A DNA stretch of 18,149 bases from Candidatus Bathyarchaeia archaeon (lineage in GTDB: Archaea; Thermoproteota; Bathyarchaeia; Bathyarchaeales; Bathycorpusculaceae): positions 1-18,149 of the forward strand of contig JBEKKX010000043.1 of assembly GCA_050010515.1 (NCBI GenBank), read 5' to 3'. The translations under genes were made by a program, and so were the position numbers. This document shows positions 16,911-18,149 of this stretch, piece by piece. Below the pieces are notes generated by a model. That model was given only the letters and a program-made list of their open reading frames with translations, had not been told where the DNA came from and made no database searches. Numbering within the stretch: position 1 is the stretch's first letter; each line of letters begins with the position of its first letter.

Positions 16911-18148
16911 TAAAACGCTCTCTTTCGCTTCTCTTCCGCAGCAATGTTATCCATGTTTGAGTGGAAAATATCAATCGCTGCATTACACATTTGCTCAGTA
17001 ACTTTTGGCTTATCAGAATTAGAATAGTTAAGCCAAAGATACAGAAGTCTTCCTCTCTCTTTTGCATCTTCTCGTGTGCCTAATCCTCGATAAGTATCTA
17101 AATCTGATTTATGTTTTGCCTTTGCCATTCCCTGCGCATTTAATGGATCGTCTTTCCCACATAAATCTGGCAACGCGTAAAGTTTCTTTTGCCTTGTAGG
17201 ATATTTTGACAGAACACCAGCAGCAAAAGCCCAACTTGCTACTGTGGCTAAATTATAGGCTTTAAGCTTATATTGCCGTTTAACACTTCCACCTATCTCT
17301 TCAGCTTTAGCATACTGAGTTTCATGTAGTCTGGCAAAATTTTTCGCGGCATTGATTAACCCATTATCAGTAAAGTTTGCTTCAGATTTGAACTTGTTGA
17401 AGATTGCAAGATATTCTTCGTCTATTCCTCGTCCCGACTTGCAGAGATATGGAACCTCTGCCGCTTTATCTATATCTCCGTTAAAATTAACACCTTTGAA
17501 GTAATTAACAATAAAACTTCTTAACATTCTTACGGTAGGTGTAAAATCTTCGTCATACCTTCTTTTATCGCCAAAATCCTCTTCCTCCTTAAGCAAGCCA
17601 GTCGTATAGCAGAAGTTACGCAGCATCCCTGAAGGCTCAAGCCTTTCCTCTTCTATCCTATCTCTTAAATCCGTTGAAACGCTAATATTAGTATTTGAAA
17701 TTCTCATTATGTCCGCTCTTTGGTCCTTGTTTAGATTAAAATATACCTTTACTCCATGGATTTTATCAAGGCTGTCTTCCAAGAAGGCGCGTCTAATAGC
17801 TTCAGTTCGATGTTGCCCACCCAATACTTTAAGTGGAATTGTCTCTTTATACGTCGTATTATATTCGATGACTATGTCGGAAAATGTTCTACCTCTCTTG
17901 GCATCTTCAACCATTTGTAAAAAGTAAAGATTCGCTGGCTCTAATTCTCTGTTGGCTCTAAATTCTTCTTGGAGTTCAGGATCTATGACAGCATCGGTAT
18001 CGCATTTAGCGATTAGTTCCTTAGATAATATATGACATTCACAGTAATAAGCATTTGACCTACCATCCAATAAAACTAGCAAGACCAGTTTTGATTGTAT
18101 TTCATATGTTGATATGTTTTTTGAAAAATCTAATACTTCATTAAGCGC
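16910..18148 (-). CDS. DGQHR/DndB-like (ParB/Srx superfamily) protein, 5' partial
   Basis: VLGGQHRTEAIRRA motif followed by a ...QRADIMRISN helix. The frame is open to the window edge, so the true start lies outside. Confidence 0.65.
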   Translation of the reverse strand, partial: ALNEVLDFSKNISTYEIQSKLVLLVLLDGRSNAYYCECHILSKELIAKCDTDAVIDPELQEEFRANRELEPANLYFLQMVEDAKRGRTFSDIVIEYNTTYKETIPLKVLGGQHRTEAIRRAFLEDSLDKIHGVKVYFNLNKDQRADIMRISNTNISVSTDLRDRIEEERLEPSGMLRNFCYTTGLLKEEEDFGDKRRYDEDFTPTVRMLRSFIVNYFKGVNFNGDIDKAAEVPYLCKSGRGIDEEYLAIFNKFKSEANFTDNGLINAAKNFARLHETQYAKAEEIGGSVKRQYKLKAYNLATVASWAFAAGVLSKYPTRQKKLYALPDLCGKDDPLNAQGMAKAKHKSDLDTYRGLGTREDAKERGRLLYLWLNYSNSDKPKVTEQMCNAAIDIFHSNMDNIAAEEKRKRAF

Positions 18149-18149
18149 T

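Noticed and set aside
982-17927. Remaining short ORFs nested in or antisense to called genes
   Set aside because: Shadow frames of better-supported CDSs.

Overview
Archaeal DNA, most consistent with Bathyarchaeia (inferred from the large secreted PQQ-like beta-propeller beside a TrmB regulator, a CdvB/ESCRT-III gene and TATA-type promoters). The left end holds ordinary genes (rubrerythrin, HExxH protein, CBS protein). From ~2.8 kb the window is mostly accessory. Unrelated short genes are each preceded by copies of one ~30-bp motif (consensus AAGTCTTAAATCTGYATAGCKTAGAATAG), often paired with a shared CCCCTTTT-GTTTTTTGA tract, which suggests a gene-cassette array. It also contains a solo HEPN-motif gene, an ArsR regulator, a collagen-like surface protein, a probable 3' tRNA remnant followed by a long hairpin, a wHTH/UPF0175-PIN toxin-antitoxin pair, and a coupled DGQHR-like (GGQHR) plus HEPN pair running off the right edge. 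Several genes survive only as truncated or frameshifted remnants (double zinc-ribbon protein, UbiA/DGGGP synthase, nucleotidyltransferase, DUF362). All family calls come from motif recognition by eye, not from database searches.
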